From an uncultured Parachlamydiaceae bacterium (lineage in GTDB: Bacteria; Chlamydiota; Chlamydiia; Chlamydiales; Parachlamydiaceae): a DNA stretch of 64,000 nt. The translations under genes were made by a program, and so were the position numbers. Shown here in pieces: positions 1 through 8,897 of this stretch (positions are counted from its first letter, which is position 1; each line of letters starts with the position of its first letter). The stretch spans positions 224,001 to 288,000 of the forward strand of contig CAVVXH010000002.1 in NCBI GenBank assembly GCA_963752155.1, written 5' to 3'. The notes below the pieces were generated by a model. The model worked only from the letters and a program-made list of their open reading frames with translations, was not told where the DNA came from and searched no databases.

Positions 1-566
1 TTTTTTTCTGGATCATAAACAGCTCGGGTTTGTATCCCGTTAGCATCGGATCCTGCTGTAGGCTCTGTTAAAGAGAAGGCTGCAATGTATTTTCCTTGGG
101 CGAGGGGAGTTAACCATTTTTGTTTCTGCAAGTCGGACCCAAAAAGGAGAAGGGCTTTTAACCCGATACTCTGATGGGCATTGATGAAAAGTGCTGTAGA
201 TCCACATCTTCGAGAGATAATTTCTGCCACACGGCAATAAGCATATTGAGACATTCCCAATCCACCATATTCCGTAGGAATAGTCATCCCTAAAACTCCC
301 AGTTGCGCAAGACCTTGGATGACATTTTCGGGAATAGAGGCTTCGCGATCGATGGTGTCTCCATTGATGTGGGCATCGGCAAAAGATTCAACGCGTCTAA
401 GGAGATCGTCTGTTTTTATCTCTTCGTTTTCAGAGACTTTTGGGAAAGGGAAAATAATGTCATTTTGAAAGGAACCTAAAAACAAACGTTTTCCAAATCC
501 GATCTTTACCGAAGAAGAAAATAGAAGTTCCTCTGCTAGTTTACGTAGCTGCTCGTCCATACGCAT
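1..566 (-). CDS. Acyl-CoA dehydrogenase (ACAD9/VLCAD-like), 5' part, runs off the window start
   Basis: Manual translation from ATG at 566: MRMDEQLRKLAEELLF...LGVLGMTIPTEYGGLG...NAHQSIGLKALLLFGS...IAAFSLTEPTAGSDA, all ACAD motifs; AAGGA just upstream. Confidence 0.9.
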   Translation of the reverse strand, partial: MRMDEQLRKLAEELLFSSSVKIGFGKRLFLGSFQNDIIFPFPKVSENEEIKTDDLLRRVESFADAHINGDTIDREASIPENVIQGLAQLGVLGMTIPTEYGGLGMSQYAYCRVAEIISRRCGSTALFINAHQSIGLKALLLFGSDLQKQKWLTPLAQGKYIAAFSLTEPTAGSDANGIQTRAVYDPEK

Positions 567-644
567 GGTCCTTTATACCTTTTTTTTCAACCTACCAAGA
601 CGACCTTTAAGTCGCAACTTTTCTATAAATTAAGATTGATGATG

Positions 645-673
645 TTGACACCTATGGAGTGATCCCTTATCTT
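645..673 (+). promoter_or_regulatory. Putative sigma66/70 promoter of the GT25 gene
   Basis: TTGACA, 17 nt, TATCTT. Confidence 0.5.
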
Positions 674-711
674 GAAAAAGTGTAATATACGAACCGTAGG
701 ACAAACATTTC

Positions 712-1548
712 ATGAATGTATTTAAAAATTTAGGATTTTTTGCTTTATTTTTGTCATTTTCTACAGATTTATTGGGTCATATCTATTCAGAGCCAACCTC
801 AGTTGGTAAGTATTTAATTGCGATTCCGCGGACAGTGCCTTATTCGGGAGTCAAAAGAGTCGACAGCATTTATGTCATCAATTTGGATCGACGACCAGAA
901 AAGTGGGAGCGTGTTAGAAATTTACTTCTAACGCAAGGAATGAACGCGAATAGGGTTAGTGCAGTGGATGGTTGGAATTTGACGGAAGAAATGCAATCAG
1001 AGCTAGCGGGGTCTTATCCGGTTCGGATGTTGAAAGGTGAAGTGGGGTGTCTGTTAAGTCACGTTTCGGCGATCAAAGATGCGTATGATCGAGGTTACAA
1101 AACTGCTTGGATTTTTGAAGACGACATAGAATTTTCTGAAAATCCTCATCAAATGGGGAACTTGATTAAAAAGCTGAACATACTTGATCCAGGCTGGGAT
1201 ATTTTATATACAGACGTAGACTCAAAAAATAGTTCAGGGGAGACGATTCTAGCATTAGCATCGGATTTTCGTCCGGATCGAGCTGTTGAAGTTTCCTTGA
1301 GTTATTATTTATTTAGACCACGCGTCAGCGATGATTTTTTGTTAGTTCGTCAACGATACGGTTTGTATTCCTATATTGTGTCGCGTAAAGGCATGAAAAA
1401 AATTTACGATTATTTTACGCATGTGAATTTATGGACTGCCATCGATATTGACATCCATTACATTCCAACAATTCAACAATATTCGACAGTTAGAGATATA
1501 GTTTCAATATGGTGTGAGAGTCCATTTTCTGATACCAAGGGAAATTAA
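712..1548 (+). CDS. Glycosyltransferase family 25 with signal-peptide-like N-terminus
   Basis: IYVINLDRRPEKW, RVSAVDG, GEVGCLLSH, IFEDD motifs; hydrophobic N-terminus MNVFKNLGFFALFLSFS. Confidence 0.85.
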   Translation: MNVFKNLGFFALFLSFSTDLLGHIYSEPTSVGKYLIAIPRTVPYSGVKRVDSIYVINLDRRPEKWERVRNLLLTQGMNANRVSAVDGWNLTEEMQSELAGSYPVRMLKGEVGCLLSHVSAIKDAYDRGYKTAWIFEDDIEFSENPHQMGNLIKKLNILDPGWDILYTDVDSKNSSGETILALASDFRPDRAVEVSLSYYLFRPRVSDDFLLVRQRYGLYSYIVSRKGMKKIYDYFTHVNLWTAIDIDIHYIPTIQQYSTVRDIVSIWCESPFSDTKGN

Positions 1549-1551
1549 GAT

Positions 1552-2064
1552 ATTAAACGCAAAGCGAGACAGTTGCGTGCGGCGCCCCCTATCGGCAAAT
1601 AACCAGTTGTTTAAAGGCACGAAGGCGCAAAGAGCACAAAGAGATCTTACGCGAATAAGATCTCTTTGCGCTCTTTGGCCTTCGTGTCTCCTAAGTAACA
1701 AGTTTGCGCCTTGCCATTGGTGCCTGACCTGATATTCTGACATTTGCCAATGCGATAACATTGCTTCCTAAAGGGCAAATGTCAGAATGTCAGGTCTGGA
1801 ACCAAGGCTGGAACGTTACCCCCAAGATTTACGCAACTGAAAAAAGCGTCGTTTTCAATTAATAACAAGATACTAAATTCTGAGAGGTAACGTTTAGCCT
1901 TGGTTCCAGACCTGACATTCTGACATTTGCCCTCCTGGGAGGTTACGTTATCATTGTAGGCAAATGTCAGAATATCAGGTCAGGCACCAATGGCAAGGCG
2001 CTTTAAAAATCTGTTATTTCCCGATAGGGGGCGCCGCAGGCAACTGTCTCGCTTTGCGTTTAAT
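1552..2064. repeat. Palindromic element family A, copy 1 (with an extra internal hairpin at about 1614-1690)
   Basis: Terminal inverted repeats attaaacgcaaagcgagacagttgc / gcaactgtctcgctttgcgtttaat enclose four alternating-orientation units of gacctgaYattctgacatttgcc; near-identical to three other copies. Confidence 0.95.
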
Positions 2065-2290
2065 TTTTCTTAGTATTCCGCATCAGTCAGCAATTCCCGC
2101 TAAACTTTCGTGCCCGCGTGCGTGCCCGTAGCAGGAATTGCTGTTGATTAAATCTTTCTATTGCTAAAAAAGTGCAAACCTGAGAAAATTCTATCCTTAG
2201 GGGCTGGGCAAAAATACGTGATGCGTTTTCTGTTGATCAGGAGGCGATGGCCCGCTAGTCCAATAATAGACCGCTGTTGTAGGAGAACAA

Positions 2291-2908
2291 ATGCGTTTTA
2301 CAGGTAAAAAAAATCGTATTGCTAGGCGCTTTGGCGTCAATATTTTTGGTCGTGCACGCAATCCGTTGCTGCGCAAACAAAATCCACCCGGTGTTCATGG
2401 AGCACGTCGTCGCAAGAAATCTGACTTTGGAGTCGCTCTTGAAGAGAAACAAAAGCTAAAAGCTATTTACGGTATGCTTACAGAAAAGCAGTTGGTAAAG
2501 TACTATAAAGAAGCCGTTAAAAAGGCTGAGAATACTGTTCAACAGTTTGCACAAGCTTTGGAGTGTCGTTTGGACACTATCGTTTACCGTTTAAAATTGG
2601 CACCGACTATTTTTGCTGCGCATCAGCTTGTTTCCCATGGGCACATTTTGGTGAATGGTAAAAAAGTTGACCGTCGTTCTTTCCAAGTTAAGCCTGGAAT
2701 GGTTATTTCAGTGCGCGAAAAATCTCGCGAAAACGAAGTGACAAAAAATGCAATGAATAGTCCCATGAGAACTGTGCCGGAATATCTTTCTCTTTCAATC
2801 GAGACATTCTCTGGTCAATTGCTGGCGCTTCCAGCGGCAGAACAAATGCCATGGCCATTAGAAATTAATTTGCCTGCTGTTTGCGATTTTCTTGCTCATA
2901 CGACCTAA
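2291..2908 (+). CDS. rpsD: 30S ribosomal protein S4
   Basis: KKSDFGVALEEKQKLK, LECRLDTIVYRL, QLVSHGHILVNGKKVD; AGGAG RBS. Confidence 0.97.
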   Translation: MRFTGKKNRIARRFGVNIFGRARNPLLRKQNPPGVHGARRRKKSDFGVALEEKQKLKAIYGMLTEKQLVKYYKEAVKKAENTVQQFAQALECRLDTIVYRLKLAPTIFAAHQLVSHGHILVNGKKVDRRSFQVKPGMVISVREKSRENEVTKNAMNSPMRTVPEYLSLSIETFSGQLLALPAAEQMPWPLEINLPAVCDFLAHTT

Positions 2909-2911
2909 GCT

Positions 2912-3050
2912 AGCAGCAAGGACGACAAGGACGGCAAGGACAACAAGGACACAAGCGATAGCAAATAACAGTTGTTCTTTATGAGACCTTGTCGTCCTTG
3001 TCGTCCTTGTTGTCCTTGTTGTCCTTTTCGTCCTTGCTGTCCTTGCTGCT
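2912..3050. repeat. Family D hairpin of 9-nt periodic units (caaggacra / tygtccttg), probably also the rpsD terminator
   Basis: agcagcaaggacgacaaggacggcaaggacaacaaggac pairs with gtccttgttgtccttttcgtccttgctgtccttgctgct; related copy at 19219-19296. Confidence 0.85.
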
Positions 3051-3091
3051 TTCCACTATCCCCTCTATTTTCTTCTTTTCACACAAAATAA
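2981..3091 (+). CDS. Possible 36-aa Cys-rich peptide MRPCRPCRPCCPCCPFRPCCPCCFPLSPLFSSFHTK (speculative MNIO precursor)
   Basis: Open frame ATG 2981 to TAA 3091, 10 Cys, ends 51 nt before DUF692; no RBS, and it lies in the arm of a repeat hairpin. Confidence 0.2.
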   Translation: MRPCRPCRPCCPCCPFRPCCPCCFPLSPLFSSFHTK

Positions 3092-3142
3092 AAATAAGTA
3101 CTATGCGGTAGGTAAATGTAAAACTCTAAAAAAAGGGTCTTC

Positions 3143-4018
3143 ATGAAATCTTACTCTATTCCCAATCTTGGGATCGGCATTGGTCTACGCATACCGCACT
3201 ATGAAGACATTTTTCGTAATAAACCGCCTATCGACTGGTTTGAAATTATTAGCGAAAACTTCATGGTCGATGGTGGAAAGCCTTTAGAAAATCTAGAACT
3301 CATTATGGAGCATTATCCTGTCGTCATGCATGGGGTCACTTTATCGATCGGAGGGGCTGCAGAACTCGACTGGGAATATCTAAAAAAGCTTAAAGCCCTA
3401 GCACGTAAAACCAAAACCCCTTGGGTTTCAGATCATTTATGCTGGGGAAAGCTTCCTGGGGCCCATTACCACGATCTATTGCCCCTTCCATATACCAAAG
3501 AGGTGATTAAGTACGTTTCAAACCGAGCACGCATCGTTCAAGACTTCCTTGAGCTCCCTTTTGCTTTAGAAAATCTCTCTTCTTATGTAGCCTATCAGGC
3601 AGATCAAATGACTGAATGGGACTTTTATTCTGCTATCGTTGAAAAAGCAGATATTTACATGATGCTAGATGTCAATAATATCTATGTGTCAAGCCGTAAT
3701 CATGGTTTTGATCCACAGGAGTATTATCGCAATCTTCCTTTAGAAAGAGTTTTGCAAATTCATCTTGCAGGACATAGTGATTATGGAGATTATGTCCTAG
3801 ACACTCATGACCATTACGTATGCGATGAAGTTTGGAAAATTTATGGCGAGGTTTGGCCCAAAACACGTGGAGTATCCACTTTGCTGGAATGGGATGATAA
3901 CTTTATCAGTTTAGCAAAGACCATTGAAGAAGCTCAGAAAGCTAAACAATACCAAAATGAATGCCTGATCAAAAATCCTCTTCCTCAGAATAAGCAACTG
4001 CAAGGGGCTGTATCATGA
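3143..4018 (+). CDS. DUF692 family multinuclear non-heme iron oxidative enzyme (MNIO; BufB/HvfB-like)
   Basis: GIGLRIPHY, WFEIISENFM, MHGVTLSIG, VSDHLCW, DLLPLPYT, LENLSSY, LDVNNIYV, IHLAGH, LDTH, LLEWD. Confidence 0.93.
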   Translation: MKSYSIPNLGIGIGLRIPHYEDIFRNKPPIDWFEIISENFMVDGGKPLENLELIMEHYPVVMHGVTLSIGGAAELDWEYLKKLKALARKTKTPWVSDHLCWGKLPGAHYHDLLPLPYTKEVIKYVSNRARIVQDFLELPFALENLSSYVAYQADQMTEWDFYSAIVEKADIYMMLDVNNIYVSSRNHGFDPQEYYRNLPLERVLQIHLAGHSDYGDYVLDTHDHYVCDEVWKIYGEVWPKTRGVSTLLEWDDNFISLAKTIEEAQKAKQYQNECLIKNPLPQNKQLQGAVS

Positions 4019-4896
4019 GCTATGACAAGAATTCTCCAATAGCACTTAAGAGGACTCAAGAATGGTTTGCAACCATCATCACACAGCCCATTGATGAAGA
4101 TAGCCGCATTCCTGCCATGTCACCTTCCGGAATCTCTATTGAAGAAGAAGCTTTTCGATATATTCGGCCAAGTCCAACCTTGCGTCCTGCGCAACGAATA
4201 GAGCTCTATGCTCAACAATATTGGTGGAGATTACTGAGTGCCTTGCAGGACATCTACCCTCTGGTGACGCGCCTATTTGGATACCATGAATTCAATCGCT
4301 TATTAGCGATGCCCTATTTAATGGCATATCCTCCAGACCATTGGTCACTCAACGCGTTGGGCGATCATTTTCCTCAATGGATCGAAGAAAATTATACAAA
4401 TACCGATAAGCAACTTGTGTACGACTCAGCACTCCTTGATGCCGCTTTTCACGATTGTTTTATTGCCAAAGAATACCCCTCACTAAAGGGGACTGATTAC
4501 AAAACTCCTGAAGATTTCTCACAATTGCTCAAGTGTCAACTTTGTTTGCAACCCTATGTTCGATTATTTCAATTTGATTATGATCTTATTTCTTTCCGGA
4601 TAGAGTTCCTTAAAGAAAACCCAGAATATTGGATTGAAAATGAATTTCCCCACCTAAATAAAGTAGAAAGTAACTTTATTCTTTTCCGTAATTTTAATGA
4701 TGTTACAGTATGGGATACAATTTCTTTAGCACAACTAAAGCTTCTCCTGTGCTTCACTAACGGTTGCACTATAGAAAATGCCTGTGAATGGCTCGAACGT
4801 CAGGATAGTGCGATCTTCAAAGAAGCAGAAAATAGCCTTCACTTGTGGGTACAAGGATGGATTGTAAAAAAATGGCTCTTTCCAATCGAGAGTTAA
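4015..4896 (+). CDS. DUF2063 family MNIO partner protein (BufC/HvfC-like)
   Basis: ATGA overlap with DUF692; QRIELYAQQYWWRLLSALQDIYP...LFGYHEF...YLMAYPP...LNALGDHFPQWI. Confidence 0.85.
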   Translation: MSYDKNSPIALKRTQEWFATIITQPIDEDSRIPAMSPSGISIEEEAFRYIRPSPTLRPAQRIELYAQQYWWRLLSALQDIYPLVTRLFGYHEFNRLLAMPYLMAYPPDHWSLNALGDHFPQWIEENYTNTDKQLVYDSALLDAAFHDCFIAKEYPSLKGTDYKTPEDFSQLLKCQLCLQPYVRLFQFDYDLISFRIEFLKENPEYWIENEFPHLNKVESNFILFRNFNDVTVWDTISLAQLKLLLCFTNGCTIENACEWLERQDSAIFKEAENSLHLWVQGWIVKKWLFPIES

Positions 4897-4915
4897 GTTC
4901 AGCAAATCACTGTAA

Positions 4916-5081
4916 AAGTTATTACAGGTGCTATTTCAAGTTGACTTGGGCTCTGCCACCGCGTAAGAAGTTGATTTAAAGCGTATTATCCAGCCAAATA
5001 GACCTCTCGCGCGGTGGCAGAGCCACACACACTCCAAAAAAAATTTACCAAGTCAACTTGAAATAGCCCCTGTAATAACTT
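4916..5081. repeat. Nested palindrome sharing modules with family B and with 29610-29680
   Basis: Outer arms aagttattacaggtgctatttcaagttgacttgg / ccaagtcaacttgaaatagcccctgtaataactt; inner ggctctgccaccgcg / cgcggtggcagagcc. Confidence 0.9.
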
Positions 5082-5193
5082 CATTGAACGTTAATTTAGT
5101 TGTTATTAATTTAATTAGTGTGTTATTATAGGTCTTTTGTTGCTGATGAGCAAACAAAAAAGTCGCCCATAATTTAAAATCTGAGGTATTAAA

Positions 5194-6396
5194 ATGGAAC
5201 CTGTCTCTGGACCTTTATCACAAGCTTCTTTTGTTTATATTCCGCCTGTGTTTAAGCCAGATCGCTTGACTGAAATTTATGGAAGTCAACAAGACGATTA
5301 CTTAAAAAGAAGTCTAGATAATATTAAATATGGAGTAAGTTTAGTAAAAGATGGTTGGCATAATCAAGAAGAATTAGAAAAAATATTTTTTGTGTTACTT
5401 GATGTATTTGGAAAATCTCGTGCTAAAATTGCAAAAGACCATGGCAGCCAGAATGCCAAACTATTTGGAAATAGAAGGGATATTAATTCTAAAAACGAAA
5501 TACACTGTTTCTTTATGGATGCAACCTATGAATCTTATAATGCACCCATTCTTTCATTTTTATTAAACAAAATGAAGCTATTACAAAATTCTAATGCATT
5601 AACATGTAATAAAAAAATTGTATCGAAAGATGCTTATCAAGGGGTTAAAACTTCTTTTGAAATTGAAGTTTTGGATTGTAATGAATTAAAAAATCGTAAG
5701 TGGGATCAACTAACATTAGATGAAATCTTAACATTCCCTTGTTCGTCAGCTTTGAAAGCTCTATACATCCGAGAATCATTAGAAGATTTATGCGATACGG
5801 AGTTAGCTGTGAAGGTGAGAGAAATGAGAAAATTTAAGAACGAACATCCTGAATTGTATAAAAGAAAGAATATGACTATTGCAATAAAATTACTTGAAGA
5901 GGCTTATCTTGAAGCAGGAGAGTTTCAAAAATTAGTATTCGCAACAGCGCGGCTGACTATAGATGAAAAACATTATGCTACTACCCAGTATGTCACTTGG
6001 GGAATAGAAAATCCCCTAATAGATCCCTTATCCCTTATGAAAAAGAATTGTAAAGTGATGGTGGTGAATCAAGATATTTATCTTGTCGAAGTGCTTCTAA
6101 AAGATATCGCTAAAATTTTTAAAGAAACCATTCTATGGGACAAGCAAGATTTAACTATGCTCAAAAATAAAGTTGCAATGTTCCGATTTAAATTTGCTCA
6201 TGCAATGCCTTTTGAAAGAGGAAGCGCAGCTATCAGTGAATGGTTTGAACATCTCATATATGTATTTCATGGAATACAATGTAAATATAAAAATGGGGGC
6301 TCGATTGACTTGGCAGCCTACGCCAACCCATTTTTTTCTGATTTTTTTAAAATTTACGACTCGATGGTAGAGCTTCAGACCACTCATGTGGTCTGA
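5194..6396 (+). CDS. Putative effector with AvrB-like Fido-fold C-terminal domain
   Basis: FAHAMPFERGSAAISEW resembles the MPxxRGSAA loop I recall from the AvrB/AvrC family; GAGG RBS. Confidence 0.55.
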   Translation: MEPVSGPLSQASFVYIPPVFKPDRLTEIYGSQQDDYLKRSLDNIKYGVSLVKDGWHNQEELEKIFFVLLDVFGKSRAKIAKDHGSQNAKLFGNRRDINSKNEIHCFFMDATYESYNAPILSFLLNKMKLLQNSNALTCNKKIVSKDAYQGVKTSFEIEVLDCNELKNRKWDQLTLDEILTFPCSSALKALYIRESLEDLCDTELAVKVREMRKFKNEHPELYKRKNMTIAIKLLEEAYLEAGEFQKLVFATARLTIDEKHYATTQYVTWGIENPLIDPLSLMKKNCKVMVVNQDIYLVEVLLKDIAKIFKETILWDKQDLTMLKNKVAMFRFKFAHAMPFERGSAAISEWFEHLIYVFHGIQCKYKNGGSIDLAAYANPFFSDFFKIYDSMVELQTTHVV

Positions 6397-6401
6397 TGAA
6401 C

Positions 6402-6438
6402 TAAGGGACTGTGCAATAATAACTTGCACAGTCCCTTA
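6402..6438. terminator. Short perfect hairpin (empty form of the shell at 18244-18369)
   Basis: taagggactgtgcaa / ttgcacagtccctta directly after a stop codon. Confidence 0.7.
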
Positions 6439-6446
6439 CTGAACCC

Positions 6447-6618
6447 TTAAACCTAGAAACGGCAGTTCAAGATGATAAAGTGATGCAAGATTTTGAGTTA
6501 GAATCGCTTCTGATGGGGGGCGATCATTCCCAAAAGGTGAAGGCGCCCCCCATCAGAAGCGATTCTGGCTCAAAAGATTGCGTCAATTTATCGTCTTCAA
6601 CTGCCGTTTCTAGGTTAA
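6447..6618. repeat. About 170-bp imperfect palindrome between convergent genes
   Basis: aacctagaaacggcagtt...agaatcgcttctgatggggggcg / cgccccccatcagaagcgattct...aactgccgtttctaggtt. Confidence 0.9.
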
Positions 6619-8897
6619 AGTAGGGTCTTCAGTCCTTGATTTGCAATCCGATGAAACATGCGAATTCTTGTAGGGGAATTATATGGGAATAAATCTGCAA
6701 TTTTTTTTAATATTTGCAACAATTTCAGTTCGGCAGCAGTATTGTTGCCTATATGATCAAATAGTGTTTCACAGATGATATTATCAATTTCTTCTTCGTT
6801 ATTGTTATTAATAAAATTAAGGAAATTTGTTTCAACTAATTCCATATGTTCGCATAGCTTTATGAAGCATTCATTATTTTCTAGATTTTCAGGGCTAAGA
6901 ATCGCATGGAATATGACTGGTAAACTCAATTCAAAGGTTTGAGGCTTGGGGGTATTAAAGCGAATAAATTTTTTTATAATGGATTTAATTCCAATTTCTT
7001 CGAGCATTTTTTTAGCTTCTGCTTTATGTGTTTTAAAAAATGAAATCAAAGTATGTAATCTGGAATCCGAGTCTTCTAATCTAAAGATTCGTTCTAATTC
7101 TTCTTTAGGACTTCTATGAATTAATTTATCAACCATGTATTGTTTCCACCATTTGTTTGCCTGGTTCTCGGGAAGTTCTTGCAACATTTCCTCCAAAATT
7201 TCTCTATGAGGCTTTAAATGCATATTTAACTTATTACATATCAATTTAAAACATTCACTTGAATAATCGTTAGACAAGTATTTTTTAGTCATTTTATATG
7301 CAATTTCAAGATTAGAATCTACAATCGATTCAGTGAATTCAATTGCCAAATCTTGATACCCCTGTTCAATAAGATTTTTGAAAAAAGAGTCCATAGAATT
7401 GTCGAATTTAGCTTGGATTTCTTCAAAGGTAATGACTGGATGTTTTTTTATATACATTTGAATGAATTTCATAATAGCATAGTTGTTAGTATTCGAATAT
7501 TCTTCAGGAAAAGAAATGACTTGATTCTCCCAATTGAGCATTTCAATTGATTCAATATTAATAGTGTGGCCATATAAATTAACCCAAATGAGTGATCCAT
7601 AATCATCGCACTTTATTTTTGCAGTAAAGTCTTTATCCTCCTCAACGTTTATTCGAAGCATCTCTTTTAATTGCAAAACAGCTTCACAATTGACTCCTCC
7701 GTCTTCTAAATATTCTTGAATATTTCCTAGGAGTATAGCAAGGGCTAGGTATTGATCTTCAGGGCAATCGGCGATAAAATCATCATACAAATCTTTCACT
7801 TTAAGTGGTGAGAGGTCTAATGCTTTTTGCAAAATATTTATTTTGAAATTTGGATACATCTCCATTGTGTCCATTGCTTTATTGCCATTATAGTCTATCT
7901 CTTTATACCAATGTGGATAGGATGAAATCATGAAGAAGGCTATGTCGAATGCTTGATTAGAAGAAGCGATAAGTTCGAATATTTTTGTCACATGTTCTGG
8001 TCGATTTTTTTCACGATCATAATTGAGACCTGTTGGATGGAGTAGTCGTTTTAAGGCCATATCTTCATCTTCAAAAAATGTCTTCTCTATAAATTGATTT
8101 AAATATTCTGTAGATTCAGCAATATTGGGATAAAAGGAATAAGCGATGATTTCGTAGATGCAAGGAGCATTACCTTCATCATCAAAAGAATCTTCATCTT
8201 CACTATTCATGTCTGGATTATTTTCGATGAATGTCAGTGTGCTTTCTAATATTTGTTTAGCCTGAATTCTTCCTTCCTCAACAGAAGTCGTTTCTTTAAG
8301 AAGAATTAAAAAATTTGTCCAAGAAAAAGGTGGTAATAATTTCTGGATTGAGTTGTAAGGAGGAGGACCCTCAAGGAGTTCTTGGAAACCCATTGTAGCT
8401 TTTAAATATTTCAGTGCAAATTTCTTATTAAATTTAGAGAGAATTTCAACGTTTGTCGAATGACTAGTAAATTGCGTAAGTTGTGGCATTTGAAAAAAAT
8501 CAAAATTTTTAATATATCCATCTTCCATAAAATCTCTTTCGGCCATAGATAAAAGAAAAATGTGAGGTCTATGACCAGATCCAGATCTATTTGTTATTTC
8601 CATTTTGTTTTCAAAAAATAATTGCCGACATGTTTTATAGCAGAGCACAATTTTTTTTAGAAAGGGTTTCTCTTGAAAGAGATTCTTAAATCGATGGCTC
8701 GTTGCTTGCATACAAAAAACACCCAATCCAAGCATTTTGTATATGATAGAATAAACATCATCAGGTAAATCAGAAAATTCTTTTTCTTTTGCAATAATAT
8801 TATATATATTAAGTTTAGATTTTTTTGCCGGAACGTCTGTATTTTCTAAAAATGATGCAGGTCTTTTCATTCCGTTCGAAACGATTTTTGGATTCAT
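6615..8897 (-). CDS. F-box-like domain protein, putative effector (760 aa)
   Basis: FSDLPDDVYSIIYKML...MQATSHRFKNL near the N-terminus; basic PAKKSK patch. Confidence 0.65.
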   Translation of the reverse strand: MNPKIVSNGMKRPASFLENTDVPAKKSKLNIYNIIAKEKEFSDLPDDVYSIIYKMLGLGVFCMQATSHRFKNLFQEKPFLKKIVLCYKTCRQLFFENKMEITNRSGSGHRPHIFLLSMAERDFMEDGYIKNFDFFQMPQLTQFTSHSTNVEILSKFNKKFALKYLKATMGFQELLEGPPPYNSIQKLLPPFSWTNFLILLKETTSVEEGRIQAKQILESTLTFIENNPDMNSEDEDSFDDEGNAPCIYEIIAYSFYPNIAESTEYLNQFIEKTFFEDEDMALKRLLHPTGLNYDREKNRPEHVTKIFELIASSNQAFDIAFFMISSYPHWYKEIDYNGNKAMDTMEMYPNFKINILQKALDLSPLKVKDLYDDFIADCPEDQYLALAILLGNIQEYLEDGGVNCEAVLQLKEMLRINVEEDKDFTAKIKCDDYGSLIWVNLYGHTINIESIEMLNWENQVISFPEEYSNTNNYAIMKFIQMYIKKHPVITFEEIQAKFDNSMDSFFKNLIEQGYQDLAIEFTESIVDSNLEIAYKMTKKYLSNDYSSECFKLICNKLNMHLKPHREILEEMLQELPENQANKWWKQYMVDKLIHRSPKEELERIFRLEDSDSRLHTLISFFKTHKAEAKKMLEEIGIKSIIKKFIRFNTPKPQTFELSLPVIFHAILSPENLENNECFIKLCEHMELVETNFLNFINNNNEEEIDNIICETLFDHIGNNTAAELKLLQILKKIADLFPYNSPTRIRMFHRIANQGLKTLL

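Noticed and set aside
1504..1761. Short ORFs inside palindromic elements (also 21099-21355, 23122-23319, 43613-43861, 45075-45266, 61882-62141)
   Set aside because: They recur only because the repeat recurs; no RBS and variable ends
1706..2001. Repeat-spacer pattern in family A as a CRISPR array
   Set aside because: Units alternate in orientation, spacers are the same in all copies, and no cas genes are present
2906..2968. Read-through of the rpsD stop into a KDDKDGKDNKD tail
   Set aside because: TAA stop after a normal S4 C-terminus; the tail is just the hairpin arm
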